Assembly: GCF_009834535.1 (NCBI RefSeq)
Contig: NC_045696.1
Location: 68,076,001-68,140,000 of the forward strand
Direction of reading: 5' to 3'
Length of the DNA stretch: 64,000 bases
Source of the DNA: Camelus ferus
Lineage: Eukaryota
In this document: positions 62,030 through 64,000 of the stretch, one piece after another
How the letters are laid out: every line of letters starts with the position of its first letter
Numbering within the stretch: the stretch's first letter is position 1
Program-made: the position numbers and the translations under genes
The notes under the pieces: model-generated
Database searches by the model: none
What the model saw: the letters and a program-made list of their open reading frames with translations, nothing else
What the model was told of the DNA's origin: nothing

Positions 62030-63609
62030 TAAACTCACTTTGTCCCCCCAGGGAATAACATGGATTAAAAGGCAGTTCCAGTCATGTCAGGAGGAACTGT
62101 GATCTGCTCCAGGAGCACTGGCTTCACCATGAATTATCGGCACCCTGGACCTTTCTCTTTTGAGTTATTGACAAGAGGAGGAGACATGTGGACCGTGTCA
62201 GGTGACAGATACCTGCCCCTCTTCATGGGAGATGGCTGGGTGGCTGAAGCAGCAGTTTCCCCCTCAACGCACCGCAGTGCCAAGCCCAGAGAACGGACGC
62301 GACGGCTGACACGGGGCCAGGGGGGTGCAGGCGCACGGCACAGACCACCACCCCTCAGGCCAGGGCTGTAGAGAAGAGCTCTGGCAGACAGCCTGGACAG
62401 CCAGCAGACCCAGGAGAACCTCCACCCTGTCTTTGGACACAGGCCAAGCCTGGAATAACTTCCCCTTATTTGCAGATGAGGGGAAGAAAGAAAGCCCCAA
62501 CGTGGGTTCTTTTTAAAAATTCTATCATGTGACAGAAAGAATACATTGCATTCAAGATGGAGAGAAGAAGGCCCATATTTGGAAAGACATACTGTTGGGC
62601 CCAGCATGATGGGCTGCCTTCTCCAGAACTGTCTCCTCCTTTACACCCTCTCTAACTTCATGTGCTCGAATCCCAGGTAACCATTCTCATCCCGTGCTTT
62701 CCTGGTGTCACGCCCTTTCTCATGCTGTTCCTATCACATGTGTGCTTATCCAGCCCTACTTATTTCCCAAGGCCCAACACAATGAAGAGACCGGGGAGGG
62801 ACAGAGTCAGTGGGAAATGAAGAGAAGGGGTGGGGGCCACCACAAAGAAACAAGGAAGGTAGCCAATCCCCAGTTCAGGGACGCTTTGCCCCGTTACCAG
62901 GTACCCTACTCTCCTACCCTGCCTGTAGGGCTCTTCTTATGAATTTTTATTTTTAACACACTTCTCCAGTTTTGATACCTTACTCTTTGCTTAGATCAAA
63001 GACTTCAGAACCAGGAACAGATTTAACACTGAAAATAAATATACAATATTTTAGACTAAACAAAATAAAAATAATTTCTGTGACTTCTTTGATTTGCAAG
63101 AGAAACCACATTAACATACTCTCATGTTTAATTAACCACATCACCTAAACAACTCTGGTTCTATTTTTTTTTTTTTTAAGGTAGACTAATCCCAAAGAGG
63201 GATTTAAAAGGCTTTTTTTATGTGTGTGCTGAGCAATGTCACTTATGTTTTCTGGAATTTTTCTTAAGAGCATATTCAACAAATATAACTACAATTATGT
63301 ATGGATTAACTAGTATATTCCAGGCACCATACTAGTGGTGAATAAGACACACACTTTGCTGCTAAGGGGCTTAAATACTAGTCAATAAAATAGACAGGTG
63401 AGTAGGAAGGTAAGTACAGGAGGAAAATGGTATTATGGGACATTGGAGAGCTAGCAAGGGGATAGGAATGTCTGACACCTGGAGAGAGGATTAGAAAAAG
63501 TAACAGTTGAGCTGAGTCAGTCTAAGAGTAGGTGTCCGTTTCAAATGTTCACTCAACCACTTCTTTAGTCAGTATTCAATCATTCATTTTTGTTCCTTCA
63601 TACAGCAGA

Positions 63610-64000
63610 CTTTTACTGGGAGCTGTGGCAAACACTCCTGGTTGATCTAACTTTCACTGGCAACTTTTATTCCTAATCACATTCCAAACAAGAGTGACCA
63701 TTTGACCCGCTTCTAGTCAATAAGTTAAATGGGTAAAATGGCTGAAGGGGTCCTAGAAATATTTTGATTCCCTGACTTAGGTGCCACCATTTTCCCTTCC
63801 TTTTTCTTTTCACTGGATTATATGTATGATGGTTGTAGCTGCAGCAGCCAGAATGTAACCATGAGGAAAAAGCCCAGAGAATTTCACCTTAATAGAATTG
63901 TGATGACTTTATTGAGCCTCTAAACTAGCACCAACGATCATTGATCTACTTGTGAGTATTTTATGTGAGAAAAAGAAACTTCCAATTATTTAAGTTGGTG
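63610..64000 (+). mobile_element. Old MLT1 (J/K-like) LTR fragment running off the window
   Basis: gatggttgtagctgcagcagccagaatgtaaccatgagg...ttatgtgagaaaaagaaacttc...ttaag. Confidence 0.6.

Noticed and set aside
19237-63520. A dozen or so scattered AP-1 heptamers and a few ATGCAAAT octamers
   Set aside because: Counts are near random expectation (about 8-12 for TGASTCA in 64 kb), and one octamer lies inside L1.
1-64000. Attempt to name the host gene; search for CRISPR, rRNA, snRNA, miRNA or processed pseudogenes
   Set aside because: Only 12 nt of the minus first exon is visible and no coding exon was recognised, so no symbol can be justified. No CRISPR array, rRNA, snRNA or retrocopy was recognisable, and hairpins could not be folded without tools.

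Overview
Mammalian genomic DNA, probably from a camelid (camel or alpaca/llama). This is inferred from three copies of a tRNA-derived SINE resembling the camelid Vic-1 type and from artiodactyl-type L1 3' ends. The window is almost entirely non-coding: I could not support any cellular protein-coding exon and I name no gene. The only recognisable protein sequence is a truncated L1 ORF2 C-terminus at 49.4-49.8 kb. The main landmark is a ~1.5 kb CpG island (~27.95-29.47 kb) interrupted by a 172-nt assembly gap. A minus-strand splice donor faces left out of it (28485) and plus-strand donors face right (28738/28743). It also carries GC boxes, a full CRE and a perfect heat-shock element. Long poly(A) runs dominate the + strand left of the island and long poly(T) runs dominate right of it, which fits divergent transcription into two long first introns or an origin-type skew switch. 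The rest is typical intronic or intergenic sequence with MIR, L2, L3/CR1, old and young L1, MLT1 LTRs, MER5, a clean ERV1-type solo LTR with 4-bp TSD, microsatellites and four N gaps. The best leads are a candidate recursive splice site with a 50-nt RS-exon at 21326-21375, an unclassified poly(A)-tailed LTR-like dimeric retroposon at 36.7-36.9 kb, splice donors abutting two gaps, and a few compact TF-motif palindromes. I see no evidence for a wholly new biological system, and all leads are hypotheses.
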